A DNA stretch of 64,000 bases from Candidatus Magasanikbacteria bacterium RIFOXYD1_FULL_40_23. GTDB lineage: Bacteria > Patescibacteriota > Patescibacteriia > Magasanikbacterales > GWA2-37-8. Location: positions 29,845-93,844 of the forward strand of contig MFRA01000005.1 in NCBI GenBank assembly GCA_001783215.1. The letters run 5' to 3'. Shown in pieces: positions 26,391 to 35,905 of this stretch (the first letter of the stretch is position 1; each line of letters opens with the position of its first letter). A program made the position numbers and the translations under genes. The notes below the pieces were generated by a model that saw nothing but the letters and a program-made list of their open reading frames with translations, ran no database searches and was not told where the DNA came from.

Positions 26391-28934
26391 ATGGATTGGA
26401 AAAAATATTTATTAATTAATTTAATACTGCTCGGCAGTTTTTTTGTTTCTTATCAGGTTTTTGGCGCAAACACAGATGTTATTATAAACGAAATTGGCGC
26501 ATATGAAGCCTCTGGTCATGAATGGATAGAAATTTGGAATAAAGGAAGTGAGCCGGTAGATATTAGGGATTGGAAATTGTGGGAAGAAAACGCCACTTCG
26601 CAAAATCATAAATTAACTACTACAACTGATTCAGTTGTGTCGGTTGGTGAATATGCCGTAGTTACCCAAGATGCGGCGCAATTTATTTTGGATTATCCAA
26701 ATTTTATTGGTTCGGTTTTTGATTCTTCTTTTGTATTAAATGAAAGTGGAGAAGAGATTGGTTTGATAGACGATACTGGAAATGTTGTAGAAAAATTTAC
26801 ATATATTTCGGCATCTAGTTTTTCTTTGCAAAGACGTAGTTCTTTTTTGGCAGATTATACCAGCTCTAACTGGGCAGAACATATTAGTGGCAATACAGTG
26901 GGTGCAGTAAATTATTTTGCTAGTGTGCAAGCATCTTCAACTCCAATATTTTCGCCAGCGCCAGCAGCTTCGCAAAACACGCAACAAGCCTCGTCTCAAA
27001 TTAATGGTTCATCTGTTTTGCAATATCAGAATTTGGCAGCGTTAAAAATAAATGAATTGGTCGTAGATCCAGAGAGTGAAAATGAATGGGTGGAATTATA
27101 TAACACTTCTCAGGTGTCTGTAGATATAACTGACGCCATAGTCTGTGATGCGCGCAACACCACTTCTACTTGTAAAAAATTAGTGGGAGCAGTTGGGCCA
27201 AATGGTTGGCTGTTTGTAGATTTGCAAACTAGAAGTTTTTTGAACAATTCGGGTGATAGTGTGATTTTAAAAGATGCGCGTGGAGTGGTGGTAGATAGGA
27301 TAGATTATGAAGACGAACTTACCCCAGATGAAGGGCAGTCTTTGGCGCGAAAAGCAGACGGTGTAGACACAGACAGTGAAGTTGATTGGGTGGTAACGGA
27401 CACTATTTCTCCTGGGAAGCCAAATGTTATTGTGAGTGAAAATCAAGAAGAGGAAGGTCAAAAAATTAGCTCTACCACGGCCAAAATTACCAAGAAAATA
27501 CCGTCTATTTTTGTTTGGGATATTGTGGCACCAACTACAGCCGAGATAAATGAGCAGGTAATGATTAGCGCAGAAGACACAGCCGACCCTCGAGGAGGAA
27601 TAATTTCTTTTGTATGGGATATTGGTGGTAGTAAATTATTTGGTCCAGTAGTTACAACCAGTTTTGCTACTTCGGGAATTTATAATGTAATTGTATTTGC
27701 CACTAGCACTAGTGGTTATGGCGAGCAGAAAAATATAGAAATTACAGTTGGCAGAGGTTTAAGTCAAAATGCGGAAGTAGTTATTTCGGAAATTTTACCA
27801 AACCCAGACGGCGACGACAGTAGAGAATTTGTTGAGATAAAAAATAATTCAATAGGACAGGTAAATTTGTCTGGCTGGTCGATAAAGGTGCAAGATAAAA
27901 AATATATTTTTCCGGAAAATACGATAGTAAACCCGAGCGGTGTTTTGGTTTTTTATAAAGCAGTAACTAAAATTAGTTTGGTAAACACTGCTGGTAAAGT
28001 AGAGTTATTAAACAAAGATAAATCAGTGGTGGATTTGGTAAAGTATGATAAGCCCCAAGCAGGGCAGAGTTATTCGCTGGTAAATAATCAGTGGGTATGG
28101 ACTAACCCAAGTCCGGGCACAAGCTCAAACCCCGCTGGTTTAGTGGCAGGAGAAAAAATTACAAACATTGCCAAGATTGTAGGTAAATCTAGCAGGCCAC
28201 TTATTACAAAAATTGCCGATGCGCGCGGGGCGGTAAAAGGTCAGTATGCAAAGCTAAAGGGCGTTGTTTCGGTTTTGCCGGGTGTGTTTGGTAGCCAGTA
28301 TTTTTATTTAAATAATGACAACGCTGGAATACAAATATATCAGAACAAAAAAGACTTTCCGCCGTTGGCTGTAGGCGATAGCGTGGAAATACAAGGTGCA
28401 GTTTCGGAAGCAAACGGCATAAAAAGAATAAATATTAAAAACAGCCAGAGTGTAGATATTTTATCTATTCATAATCGTGTTACCAGTACAGAATTAAATT
28501 TGGATGAAATAGAAGAAAGTGGAGCCGGTGCGTTAGTGTGGGTAGAGGGACAGATTACAGAGATAAAATCTACCTTTATGTATGTAGATAATGGTGTAGC
28601 CGAGATAAAAGTATATTTTAAACAGGGCGCCAAAATTGATAAGCAAAGGTTGAAAGAAGGAGAGGGCGTAAAAGTGGTAGGTATTTTAGAAAATGTTAAA
28701 GACGAATGGCAGATTTGGCCAAGATCCAACGAAGATTTAGAGTCTTTGGGTATGCCAGATAGCTCACAAGACGAAGAAACAGCTAAATCTACAACTAGTC
28801 CAGGCGAAAAGTATCTTATGGTTACGGTTGGTGGAGTGATAGGGCTATTGTTGGCGTTTTTGGGTAAGGCCAAGGGGTTGGCGTTGGTAAGTTGGCTAAA
28901 AAAGATGTCTGAAAAATTGGTTAAAAAGCCATAG
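26391..28934 (+). CDS. Surface protein with three lamin-tail domains, PKD-like domain and OB folds
   Basis: Three I(N/S)E...E(W/F)xE(I/L)xN repeats, signal peptide, OB-like C-terminal region ending WPRS, C-terminal TM. Confidence 0.85.
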   Translation: MDWKKYLLINLILLGSFFVSYQVFGANTDVIINEIGAYEASGHEWIEIWNKGSEPVDIRDWKLWEENATSQNHKLTTTTDSVVSVGEYAVVTQDAAQFILDYPNFIGSVFDSSFVLNESGEEIGLIDDTGNVVEKFTYISASSFSLQRRSSFLADYTSSNWAEHISGNTVGAVNYFASVQASSTPIFSPAPAASQNTQQASSQINGSSVLQYQNLAALKINELVVDPESENEWVELYNTSQVSVDITDAIVCDARNTTSTCKKLVGAVGPNGWLFVDLQTRSFLNNSGDSVILKDARGVVVDRIDYEDELTPDEGQSLARKADGVDTDSEVDWVVTDTISPGKPNVIVSENQEEEGQKISSTTAKITKKIPSIFVWDIVAPTTAEINEQVMISAEDTADPRGGIISFVWDIGGSKLFGPVVTTSFATSGIYNVIVFATSTSGYGEQKNIEITVGRGLSQNAEVVISEILPNPDGDDSREFVEIKNNSIGQVNLSGWSIKVQDKKYIFPENTIVNPSGVLVFYKAVTKISLVNTAGKVELLNKDKSVVDLVKYDKPQAGQSYSLVNNQWVWTNPSPGTSSNPAGLVAGEKITNIAKIVGKSSRPLITKIADARGAVKGQYAKLKGVVSVLPGVFGSQYFYLNNDNAGIQIYQNKKDFPPLAVGDSVEIQGAVSEANGIKRINIKNSQSVDILSIHNRVTSTELNLDEIEESGAGALVWVEGQITEIKSTFMYVDNGVAEIKVYFKQGAKIDKQRLKEGEGVKVVGILENVKDEWQIWPRSNEDLESLGMPDSSQDEETAKSTTSPGEKYLMVTVGGVIGLLLAFLGKAKGLALVSWLKKMSEKLVKKP

Positions 28935-28985
28935 GTTAGCTCTTGATTATTGGCAATTTTTATGTTAGTCTATCGGTATTATTTT

Positions 28986-29022
28986 TGTCATCCCGAGCGA
29001 GGCTTTTACCGACGAGGGATCT
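28986..29022. repeat. REP-like GTCAT-family palindrome, half copy
   Basis: TGTCATCCCGAGCGAGGCTTTTACCGACGAGGGATCT just upstream of the tRNA. Confidence 0.7.
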
Positions 29023-29039
29023 GCGTTTACAATAAAATT

Positions 29040-29127
29040 GGAAGGGTGGCCGAGCGGTTTAAGGCAACAGTCTTGAAAACTGTCGTATCGAAAGGTACCG
29101 TGGGTTCGAATCCCACCCCTTCCGCCA
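29040..29127 (+). tRNA. tRNA-Ser(TGA)
   Basis: GGAAGGG/CCCTTCC acceptor, anticodon arm ACAGT-CTTGAAA-ACTGT, long variable arm, GTTCGAATC, encoded CCA. Confidence 0.97.
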
Positions 29128-29260
29128 AATGTAGAGGGATGAGAAGTTTATTTTCAAGTTGAGCGAGAGGAAAGAAAATTTATCTTCTTTCCCGAGCGAA
29201 TGAAGAAAATACCTTAGTATTCCCCATAGCGGGGCGACGGGGCAAATTCCACCCCTTTTC
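29128..29260 (+). repeat. tRNA-linked insert ending in a degenerate copy of the tRNA 3' end
   Basis: CAAATTCCACCCCTT at 29243 versus CGAATCCCACCCCTT in the tRNA; internal hairpins. Confidence 0.55.
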
Positions 29261-29300
29261 TCTAGCGGTGTTAATAGCAAAAAGCTAACCCGATAACTTT

Positions 29301-30098
29301 ATGGGTATTGAAAATGGAAAAAATTTTAATCCGGAGGATAAAGTTTTGTCTTCGGAAACTAAAAAAGTAGAAAAAACAAAACAGCTTTTTGGGCATTGTT
29401 TTGAAATCTTAAAATTTAATGAAGGAGATCGTATACCTGTTGGTGGTGAGAGTGTTTTTTCTGATGAGGTTAACATAAAAGTTACTGGTGATTTTGAAAA
29501 TTTTAAACAATTTTTCGACCAAACTCACGAATTAGTAGATAATTATAACCTTCCTAAATTGAGAGAGTGGCTTGACTCACAAGGAATAGAAATAGATGAG
29601 AAGTTATTTGCTACACTTTTTGCTTTTACTAAAAAGTTTGAGGCAAATTATCCTAGTAACCCTGAAAGAGCAGAAGCGCGACGAAAAATTTATGGAGACA
29701 AGGGTAAAGAAGTTAATCTGAGCAAAATTTTTAGCGTTAACGCTGCTGAATGCGCAGAAATTGCCGCGCTAGCCCAAGCTTATTTACAGCAAGAAGGCGT
29801 TCCCTCGACTTACTTCAGTGGTGATGTGCTTTGGGATAAAGAATGGGAATTTTCCGAGGAGCATAGTTTTATTATTATTCGGCAAGGAGATAAGGTGTAT
29901 ATTTACGACCCTACCAATCCTACCAATACGACTTCCGGGAAGTTCCCTAGCATATACACTGCCGAGGCTAATTTTGATGAGGAAATGGCAAAAAAACAAA
30001 AACGATTTGTTACTGCCAAAAATATTTTGAGTAAGAAAGAGGCTTTTTACGGAACAAATAACGGGACTAATATTTGGGCTGAAAAACATGTTGTTTAG
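29301..30098 (+). CDS. Hypothetical protein, transglutaminase/papain-like triad
   Basis: AAECAE...EHSF...IYDPTN gives Cys-His-Asp order and spacing. Confidence 0.65.
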   Translation: MGIENGKNFNPEDKVLSSETKKVEKTKQLFGHCFEILKFNEGDRIPVGGESVFSDEVNIKVTGDFENFKQFFDQTHELVDNYNLPKLREWLDSQGIEIDEKLFATLFAFTKKFEANYPSNPERAEARRKIYGDKGKEVNLSKIFSVNAAECAEIAALAQAYLQQEGVPSTYFSGDVLWDKEWEFSEEHSFIIIRQGDKVYIYDPTNPTNTTSGKFPSIYTAEANFDEEMAKKQKRFVTAKNILSKKEAFYGTNNGTNIWAEKHVV

Positions 30099-30112
30099 CA
30101 GCTAAAAAATCT

Positions 30113-30652
30113 ATGAACCAATTCATCTTAGTGTTAAATGGGCCAATTTGTTCTGGAAAAAGTACGGTAGTTGATCTACTTCTTGCTCGGCATGAAAAAC
30201 TTTTTCTAGCCTCTTATGATACAATAAAATGGTTAGTGTCTAATTATTCTTCCGATAAACATCTTGCTGTTGTGACAGATATAGTCCTACCATTGGCAGA
30301 ATCCGCTTTTGATAAGGGTTTTTCTATAGTTGCCGACGCCGTTACGCTAAAAACAACTCGTGAGCGATTTGCCGAGCTGGCACAGCGCAAAGGTGTAAAA
30401 TTTATCGAAGTTAATTTGGAAGCGCCTCTACCTGCGCTAGAAGAGAGGTTCAAAAAAAGAGTTGAAGACTCTATTAGAATGGGTACAAAAATCTCTATTA
30501 CCGATATGCAAGGTATGATGAAGATATTTACGCGTTATCAAGAGAATAAAAATTTTAATGCCCCGACATTTGATTCAAGTATCCTTTCTGCAGAACGAAT
30601 TGCAGCTGAAATAGAAAATTTAATTAATTTAAATGTTTATGTCAAAAGTTAG
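30113..30652 (+). CDS. P-loop nucleotide kinase-like protein
   Basis: LNGPICSGKST, lid RFKKR. Confidence 0.85.
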   Translation: MNQFILVLNGPICSGKSTVVDLLLARHEKLFLASYDTIKWLVSNYSSDKHLAVVTDIVLPLAESAFDKGFSIVADAVTLKTTRERFAELAQRKGVKFIEVNLEAPLPALEERFKKRVEDSIRMGTKISITDMQGMMKIFTRYQENKNFNAPTFDSSILSAERIAAEIENLINLNVYVKS

Positions 30653-31073
30653 TACCTATCTAAATTTCGTTCGTAATACCGAAGAAGCTTTTAATTTTTA
30701 TAAATCCGTATTCGGCGGAGAGTTTGAAGGAGGTATAAATCGTATGGGTGCTGTGCCACCACAACCGGGTATGCCGCCTATGGCCGAAGAAGACAAAAAT
30801 TTGGTGATGCATGTATCTTTGCCGATTTTGGGTGGACATATGCTTATGGGTACAGACGCTCCAGAATCTATGGGCTTTAAAGTTATGCAAGGAAATAACG
30901 TACATATTAGCTTGCACCCAGATACTAGAGAAGAAACAAAAAGATTGTTTGATACTTTGTCCGAAGGTGGCAAAGTGACAATGGAGCTTCAAGATATGTT
31001 TTGGGGAGATTATTATGGCGCTTTTACAGATAAATTTGGCGTGCAATGGATGGTTAATTGCTCAAGTAAATAA
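30639..31073 (+). CDS. VOC/PhnB-family protein
   Basis: YLNF...EEAFNFYKSVFGG, VMH, MFWGDYYG...DKFGVQWMVN. Confidence 0.92.
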   Translation: MSKVSTYLNFVRNTEEAFNFYKSVFGGEFEGGINRMGAVPPQPGMPPMAEEDKNLVMHVSLPILGGHMLMGTDAPESMGFKVMQGNNVHISLHPDTREETKRLFDTLSEGGKVTMELQDMFWGDYYGAFTDKFGVQWMVNCSSK

Positions 31074-31161
31074 AAATTTCAATAAAATAAAACAGGCCGT
31101 TAAGCTGGCCTGTTTTATTTTTTATGTTATACTATTCTTAGATTAATCCTTATATAAACAT

Positions 31162-31764
31162 ATGTACAAAAAATATCTCGCAGAGCTTGTTGGAACATTT
31201 GCCTTGTCGTTTGTCGTTTTGTCCGCTGTGGCATCTGGCGGAGGTTTGCCAATCGCCGTGCCTCTTATTGCCGCGCTTACTTTGGGTTTATTTGTTTATA
31301 CTATTGGTCCAGTTTCCGGCTGCCACATTAATCCGGCAGTTACTTTGGGGTTATTGTCGATCAAAAAAATATCTTCTATAGAGGCAGTTCGTTATATTTT
31401 AGCCCAGCTCTTGGGAGCTTTGGCCGCCATTCTGGTATCCAAAATTTTTGTTATCACCAGTCCAATGACTGCCTCGCCATTTAATAGTAGGGTGTTCTTG
31501 GCAGAAGGGCTAGGCACGTTTTTCTTTTGTTTTGGTATTGCTTCAGTTGTATATGGTCAGGCCAAAGAGCAAATGTCTGGGTTGGTGATAGGCGGTTCGC
31601 TTTTGTTGGGTGTACTCATCGCATCCTTGGTTGGTGCGGCGGGCATACTTAATCCGGCTGTAGCTTTTGCCCTAAATTCTGCTACAATTTTGTATACAGT
31701 TGCTCCGGTTGTGGGTTCGGTGCTTGGGTTTAAAACTTATAAATATATTGTAAACGTCCAATAA
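31162..31764 (+). CDS. Aquaporin/MIP channel
   Basis: SGCHINPAVT and LNPAV. Confidence 0.92.
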   Translation: MYKKYLAELVGTFALSFVVLSAVASGGGLPIAVPLIAALTLGLFVYTIGPVSGCHINPAVTLGLLSIKKISSIEAVRYILAQLLGALAAILVSKIFVITSPMTASPFNSRVFLAEGLGTFFFCFGIASVVYGQAKEQMSGLVIGGSLLLGVLIASLVGAAGILNPAVAFALNSATILYTVAPVVGSVLGFKTYKYIVNVQ

Positions 31765-31773
31765 TTTTTTATT

Positions 31774-32562
31774 ATGTTAACTAGAAATCTAGAAAAAGCT
31801 CGAGATGCCTTTCGCAAGAATGATCCGGAAGCAAGTCGTAAAGCCCACGATGGCGATAGTGCGCCTGAAGAGCACCAAACAGGGCATGGGCAATATCTAA
31901 AAAGTTTTGTTTACGGCGGGTTAGACGGAATCGTCACCACCTTTGCCGTAGTAGCTGGTGTGGCAGGCGCCAATTTGTCTTCTAGCGTAGTAATTATTTT
32001 GGGCGTGGCCAATCTTATTGCCGATGGTATTTCTATGGCTTTTGGTGATTATCTGGGCAGTAAAGCCGAAAACGAATATGCAGCTGCCGAGCGCGTGCGC
32101 GAAACTTGGGAAGTGCGCAATTATCCAGATGGAGAAAAAAGAGAGATGGTAGAATTGTATGTAGGAAAAGGTATTGCTGAGGTAGATGCCAAAATCGCAG
32201 TAGAAGCCTTGTCTAAAAACGAAAAAGCCTGGGTAGATATTATGATGGTAGAAGAATTGGGAATGATAGAAAACCAAGAATCTGCAATCAAAAATGCAAT
32301 GGTTACTTTTGGTTCATTTATTTTCTTTGGCTCTATCCCCGTTTTAATTTATGCAGTCGCTCGATTCATTCCATTTTTTGCAGAGCATACATTTATTACC
32401 GCCTGTGTTCTTACTGGTATAACTTTATTTATCCTTGGAACTTTAAAAATATATTTTACTCGTCAGCCATGGTACAAAGCTGGTACGGAAATGCTTTTGC
32501 TTGGTGGTTTTGCCGCTGGTGCCGCCTATATTGTTGGTATATTACTGGGCGGATTAGTTTAG
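31774..32562 (+). CDS. VIT1/CCC1 iron/manganese transporter
   Basis: [33 protein letters not shown]. Confidence 0.93.
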   Translation: MLTRNLEKARDAFRKNDPEASRKAHDGDSAPEEHQTGHGQYLKSFVYGGLDGIVTTFAVVAGVAGANLSSSVVIILGVANLIADGISMAFGDYLGSKAENEYAAAERVRETWEVRNYPDGEKREMVELYVGKGIAEVDAKIAVEALSKNEKAWVDIMMVEELGMIENQESAIKNAMVTFGSFIFFGSIPVLIYAVARFIPFFAEHTFITACVLTGITLFILGTLKIYFTRQPWYKAGTEMLLLGGFAAGAAYIVGILLGGLV

Positions 32563-32594
32563 TTTAATTAAATTATAGGGGTTAAAGCCAACAT

Positions 32595-32930
32595 ATGAGG
32601 AACTTTTTTCGAGTAGCTGCAAGCTTGGTAGTTATCATGCTCATGATAAGCATAATCAATTGGGTGAGCGATGATTATATTTTGGCCGGTATTTATATCT
32701 TGATTATTTTGGCAGACATGGCAGTAAGGAAAAGAAAACACGATACAGTAGCTTTGGTGTTTGGATTTTTTGCAATGACAATGTTTGAATATCTATTTGT
32801 CACTACCGGCGTAGAAACTTTTACTCGCCAAAGTTTGCTAGGAGTAATGCCAATTTGGTTGCCGATTCTGTGGTCGTATGGATTTGTTTCTATAAAAAGA
32901 GCAGTAGAGATTATAGAGAAAGGTAAATAA
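32595..32930 (+). CDS. Hypothetical membrane protein
   Basis: Hydrophobic 111-aa ORF, GVMPIWLPILW. Confidence 0.75.
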   Translation: MRNFFRVAASLVVIMLMISIINWVSDDYILAGIYILIILADMAVRKRKHDTVALVFGFFAMTMFEYLFVTTGVETFTRQSLLGVMPIWLPILWSYGFVSIKRAVEIIEKGK

Positions 32931-32977
32931 AATTTTTAAATTAAAAAACGGAGCGTATAGCCCCGTTTTTTGTTTTG

Positions 32978-33364
32978 TTAAGATTTGTTTGCTTCCTGCG
33001 TATTTGCATAGTGTAGCATTCCATCTCGCATATATTCGGCCAGACCCACAGCCACATTTTCGTAGTTGGCTTTGAATCGCGGGTCGTCCACATACATTTT
33101 GGCCATGCCACGGTACATTTGTAAGTTTGGTTCATAAAATGCGCGCAGGCCGTCGTAGTGTCTGGTAATTAATTTTTGTACTTCTTCGCTTTTTGGAGCT
33201 AACCCATTTTTCATTGCGGCTGCAATTTCTTGGGTTAGCGCGCCAGCTTCTTCTAGTACTTTGGCCAGCCCAGCTTTGCCCATCTGTTTTACTCGTTCTT
33301 GGGATTGCTTAAAGGCCTCGGTATGGCCCCAGCGTTGTTTGGCTTCTTCGGTATATATTTCCAT
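32978..33364 (-). CDS. TipAS antibiotic-recognition domain (C-terminal half of split Mta/TipA-like gene)
   Basis: YTEEAKQRWG, MYVDDPRFKANYE...GLAEYMRDG. Confidence 0.88.
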   Translation of the reverse strand: MEIYTEEAKQRWGHTEAFKQSQERVKQMGKAGLAKVLEEAGALTQEIAAAMKNGLAPKSEEVQKLITRHYDGLRAFYEPNLQMYRGMAKMYVDDPRFKANYENVAVGLAEYMRDGMLHYANTQEANKS

Positions 33365-33444
33365 ATTTGAAATGAGTGAAATAAGTAATCAAATGTTTTG
33401 GTTACTTATGAGCGAGTGAGAATATATGCGGCTTTAGCCCCTAT
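33365..33444 (-). mobile_element. 80-bp repeat, copy C, inserted inside the MerR gene
   Basis: Removing 33365-33444 restores ...GAA GAG ATG GAA..., a continuous 255-aa frame. Confidence 0.88.
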
Positions 33445-33825
33445 CTCTTCTTTGGAGAAATTACCGTATAGTTCCTCGTCTTGCATAGTGGTTTCTTTGT
33501 TAATTTTTTTAATAGTCTTATCTATGGTGTTTATTAGTCCGTCTAGCCGGTTTCGCTTTAGTTGGATTAGGCCCCTTTGGTCATTTAGGGCTGTTTTCAT
33601 ATCAAAGCGAGGGGAGGATAAAATCCGCTTTATTTTCTCTATAGAAAAGTCTAATTCCCGGAAAAACAGGATTTGCTGTAATCTTAGCAATTCCGGTTCT
33701 TCATAGTGTCTATAGCCATTACCTTGTGTTCGGGCAGGGCTAAGCAGACCCACCTGATCATAGTAATGGAGGGTCCGGACGCTTACTTTGGCTAAATTGG
33801 CTAATTGTTGCACAGAATAAGACAT
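33406..33825 (-). CDS. MerR-family HTH (N-terminal half of split Mta/TipA-like gene)
   Basis: VSVRTLHYYDQVGLL, NGYRHY, LQQILFFRELDF; last 12 residues come from the insert. Confidence 0.88.
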   Translation of the reverse strand: MSYSVQQLANLAKVSVRTLHYYDQVGLLSPARTQGNGYRHYEEPELLRLQQILFFRELDFSIEKIKRILSSPRFDMKTALNDQRGLIQLKRNRLDGLINTIDKTIKKINKETTMQDEELYGNFSKEEIGAKAAYILTRS

Positions 33826-33889
33826 ATTGTAGATTTGAAATTGATAGGCGTCGACCCTGTATGTTGGCTTACATACACACCATACCACA

Positions 33890-33920
33890 AGTCTAAACTA
33901 TTACGCAACGTTAGAGTCAA
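33890..33920 (-). promoter_or_regulatory. MerR-type promoter with 19-bp spacer and Mta/TipA-like operator
   Basis: TTGACT-CTAACGTTGCGTAATAGTT-TAGACT. Confidence 0.8.
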
Positions 33921-33992
33921 GAGGGGGGGTGCTGATAGACAAAACCACGTCAGAATAGTATGATTTAAGGGGTAAATTAACTATAAAATTGT

Positions 33993-34409
33993 ATGTTGGA
34001 GTCCAAAACCGCTGGTGGAATAGTGTTAAACAAAGATGGGGTAATTTTGGTTGTAAACCAAAATGGTAATTCTTGGTCTTTTCCAAAGGGGCACATAGAA
34101 GAAGGGGAAGAAGTTTTGGTTGCAGCTAAACGAGAAATAGAAGAAGAAACCGGCATTACCCACTTAGAATATTTAGGGGAATTGGGAACCTATAGTAGAT
34201 ACAAAATAGGCAAAAATGTAGATGAAGAAGACAAATCAGAAATAAAATATATAACAATGTTTTTATTTCGTACCGACCAGATGAAATTACAGCCAATAGA
34301 TCCGGATAATCCAGAAGCTAGATGGGTCGCCAGAGAAGAGGTTGTAAATTTGCTAACACACAAAAAAGATAAAGAGTTTTGGCTGAGTGTAAAAGATAAA
34401 CTTGATTAG
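33993..34409 (+). CDS. NUDIX hydrolase
   Basis: PKGHIEEGEEVLVAAKREIEEETG. Confidence 0.93.
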   Translation: MLESKTAGGIVLNKDGVILVVNQNGNSWSFPKGHIEEGEEVLVAAKREIEEETGITHLEYLGELGTYSRYKIGKNVDEEDKSEIKYITMFLFRTDQMKLQPIDPDNPEARWVAREEVVNLLTHKKDKEFWLSVKDKLD

Positions 34410-34410
34410 C

Positions 34411-35019
34411 ATGTCTGAATTTTCAGAAGCAATGAAATTTTTAAAAAAATCAGATCCGGTGCTGGCCAAATTATTTGGCAAAGTACAGCCTTCTGTTTTG
34501 CGACCAAGTAAAAATTATTTTGAATCTCTTACCGACGCAATAATTAGTCAGCAACTGTCGGGCAAAGCAGCGGCAACAATCTTTAAACGCTTTCAAGGTT
34601 TGTTTCCTGGGAACAAGTTTCCAACACCAGCACAAGTGTTGGCAAAAAGCGATATTGAGTTGCGAACAGTAGGAGTGTCTGGTTCCAAAGCATCTTATAT
34701 AAAAAACATTGCCGCTGGTTTTGAAGATGGCTCGCTAGATTTTAAACATATAAATAAAAAAACAGACGAAGAAATAGTAGAGATGTTGGTAAAGGTAAAA
34801 GGGATTGGTAAGTGGACTGCAGAAATGTTTCTTATTTTTTCTCTTGGCCGGCCAGATGTATTTTCTTTTGGGGATTTGGGTTTGCGTAATGGGGTAAAAA
34901 AAGTTTATGGTTTGCGCAAAGACCCCTCGCCAGCAAAACTAAAACAGCTCTCGGCGAAATGGCAGCCGTATCGTACGTGTGCCTCTTTGTATCTTTGGGC
35001 TAGTTTGGATAACAAATAA
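34411..35019 (+). CDS. alkA: DNA-3-methyladenine glycosylase II family
   Basis: IISQQLS, VKGIGKWTAEM, DLG, WQPYR. Confidence 0.9.
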   Translation: MSEFSEAMKFLKKSDPVLAKLFGKVQPSVLRPSKNYFESLTDAIISQQLSGKAAATIFKRFQGLFPGNKFPTPAQVLAKSDIELRTVGVSGSKASYIKNIAAGFEDGSLDFKHINKKTDEEIVEMLVKVKGIGKWTAEMFLIFSLGRPDVFSFGDLGLRNGVKKVYGLRKDPSPAKLKQLSAKWQPYRTCASLYLWASLDNK

Positions 35020-35066
35020 ATTTATAATAAAAAACTCCCACATGGCAATATGTAGGAGCATCTTCT

Positions 35067-35558
35067 TCACTTATAAATAGATTGAAAGAAATCAAAGAGC
35101 TCTTTTTGTTTATGTAGTGGAAGCGCGGAGAGTGGCTTGTTGCTCTTTGGTGAATTTCCTCCCCATGGTTTGCCAGAAATCATAAGCGATGTGCTTGGGC
35201 CGTTTAGCGGACGCACATAGTGCGCTCCATTTGGCTCCGTCATTTCATATTCCGACCCAGCCACGAGAATTATGCGCGCCGCTATAGGCATATCAGAGGT
35301 CTCCGAGCCGTATCCGATACCCATCTCGTAGCTGCCATCCAAAACCTTCATTGCCGAAGGCCAGGGGTGGGTGTGAAACAGAGCTTCTTCTGGTTCGCAT
35401 GGGTGAATGCGGTGGAGGTAAATACGATTCCCTTGCCACTCGCACCACAGGCGCTCCACGAAGGGGTGGTGGTAATCAATAAATACATTTTTCCACCTCG
35501 CTTCATCGCGAAGCAGGGCAGGAAGAACAAGTTCGGCTTGGTGTAGAAGGTTGAGCAT
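35067..35558 (-). CDS. Hypothetical cupin-like protein
   Basis: LHRIH...FHTHPW...GSYEM...HYV metal-binding pattern; AAGGA SD. Confidence 0.7.
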   Translation of the reverse strand: MLNLLHQAELVLPALLRDEARWKNVFIDYHHPFVERLWCEWQGNRIYLHRIHPCEPEEALFHTHPWPSAMKVLDGSYEMGIGYGSETSDMPIAARIILVAGSEYEMTEPNGAHYVRPLNGPSTSLMISGKPWGGNSPKSNKPLSALPLHKQKELFDFFQSIYK

Positions 35559-35559
35559 G

Positions 35560-35811
35560 TTATTTTTTCCTTTGACCAATAATAGACAAGATAATTGATG
35601 CAGCGAAGTTATCCATCTCGCCAAAATCTTGGCCTGTTTCTGACTCTCTATCTAAGTCACATTCCACATTTTTAGAACCACAGAATTTGCAAGTAGTTTC
35701 TTCTTTGCGCATTTCTTGAAGCTGTTCGGGAGTCTTGCCCAAACCAGTCTTGTAGCCAACCCAATTACGAGCCCGGCCACAGCTATTACATTTCATCTTG
35801 TAGGCTTCCAT
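35560..35811 (-). CDS. Small zinc-ribbon protein
   Basis: CNSC...CKFCGS; 1 nt from the next gene. Confidence 0.7.
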   Translation of the reverse strand: MEAYKMKCNSCGRARNWVGYKTGLGKTPEQLQEMRKEETTCKFCGSKNVECDLDRESETGQDFGEMDNFAASIILSIIGQRKK

Positions 35812-35879
35812 GGAATTTTTCCTTGTTGTTAAGGTGCGCTTTGCTGCTAGTATCTACCTTCTTGCATTTTTGTTCAATC

Positions 35880-35897
35880 TGTCGTACAATTACGACA
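35880..35897. promoter_or_regulatory. Palindromic operator candidate
   Basis: TGTCGTA-CAAT-TACGACA just upstream of the TrmB-like ATG. Confidence 0.55.
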
Positions 35898-35905
35898 ACA
35901 ATCAT

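Noticed and set aside
29059-29280. ORFs overlapping tRNA-Ser(TGA); likewise 36743-36988 over tRNA-Ser(CGA)
   Set aside because: Antisense to clear tRNA genes.
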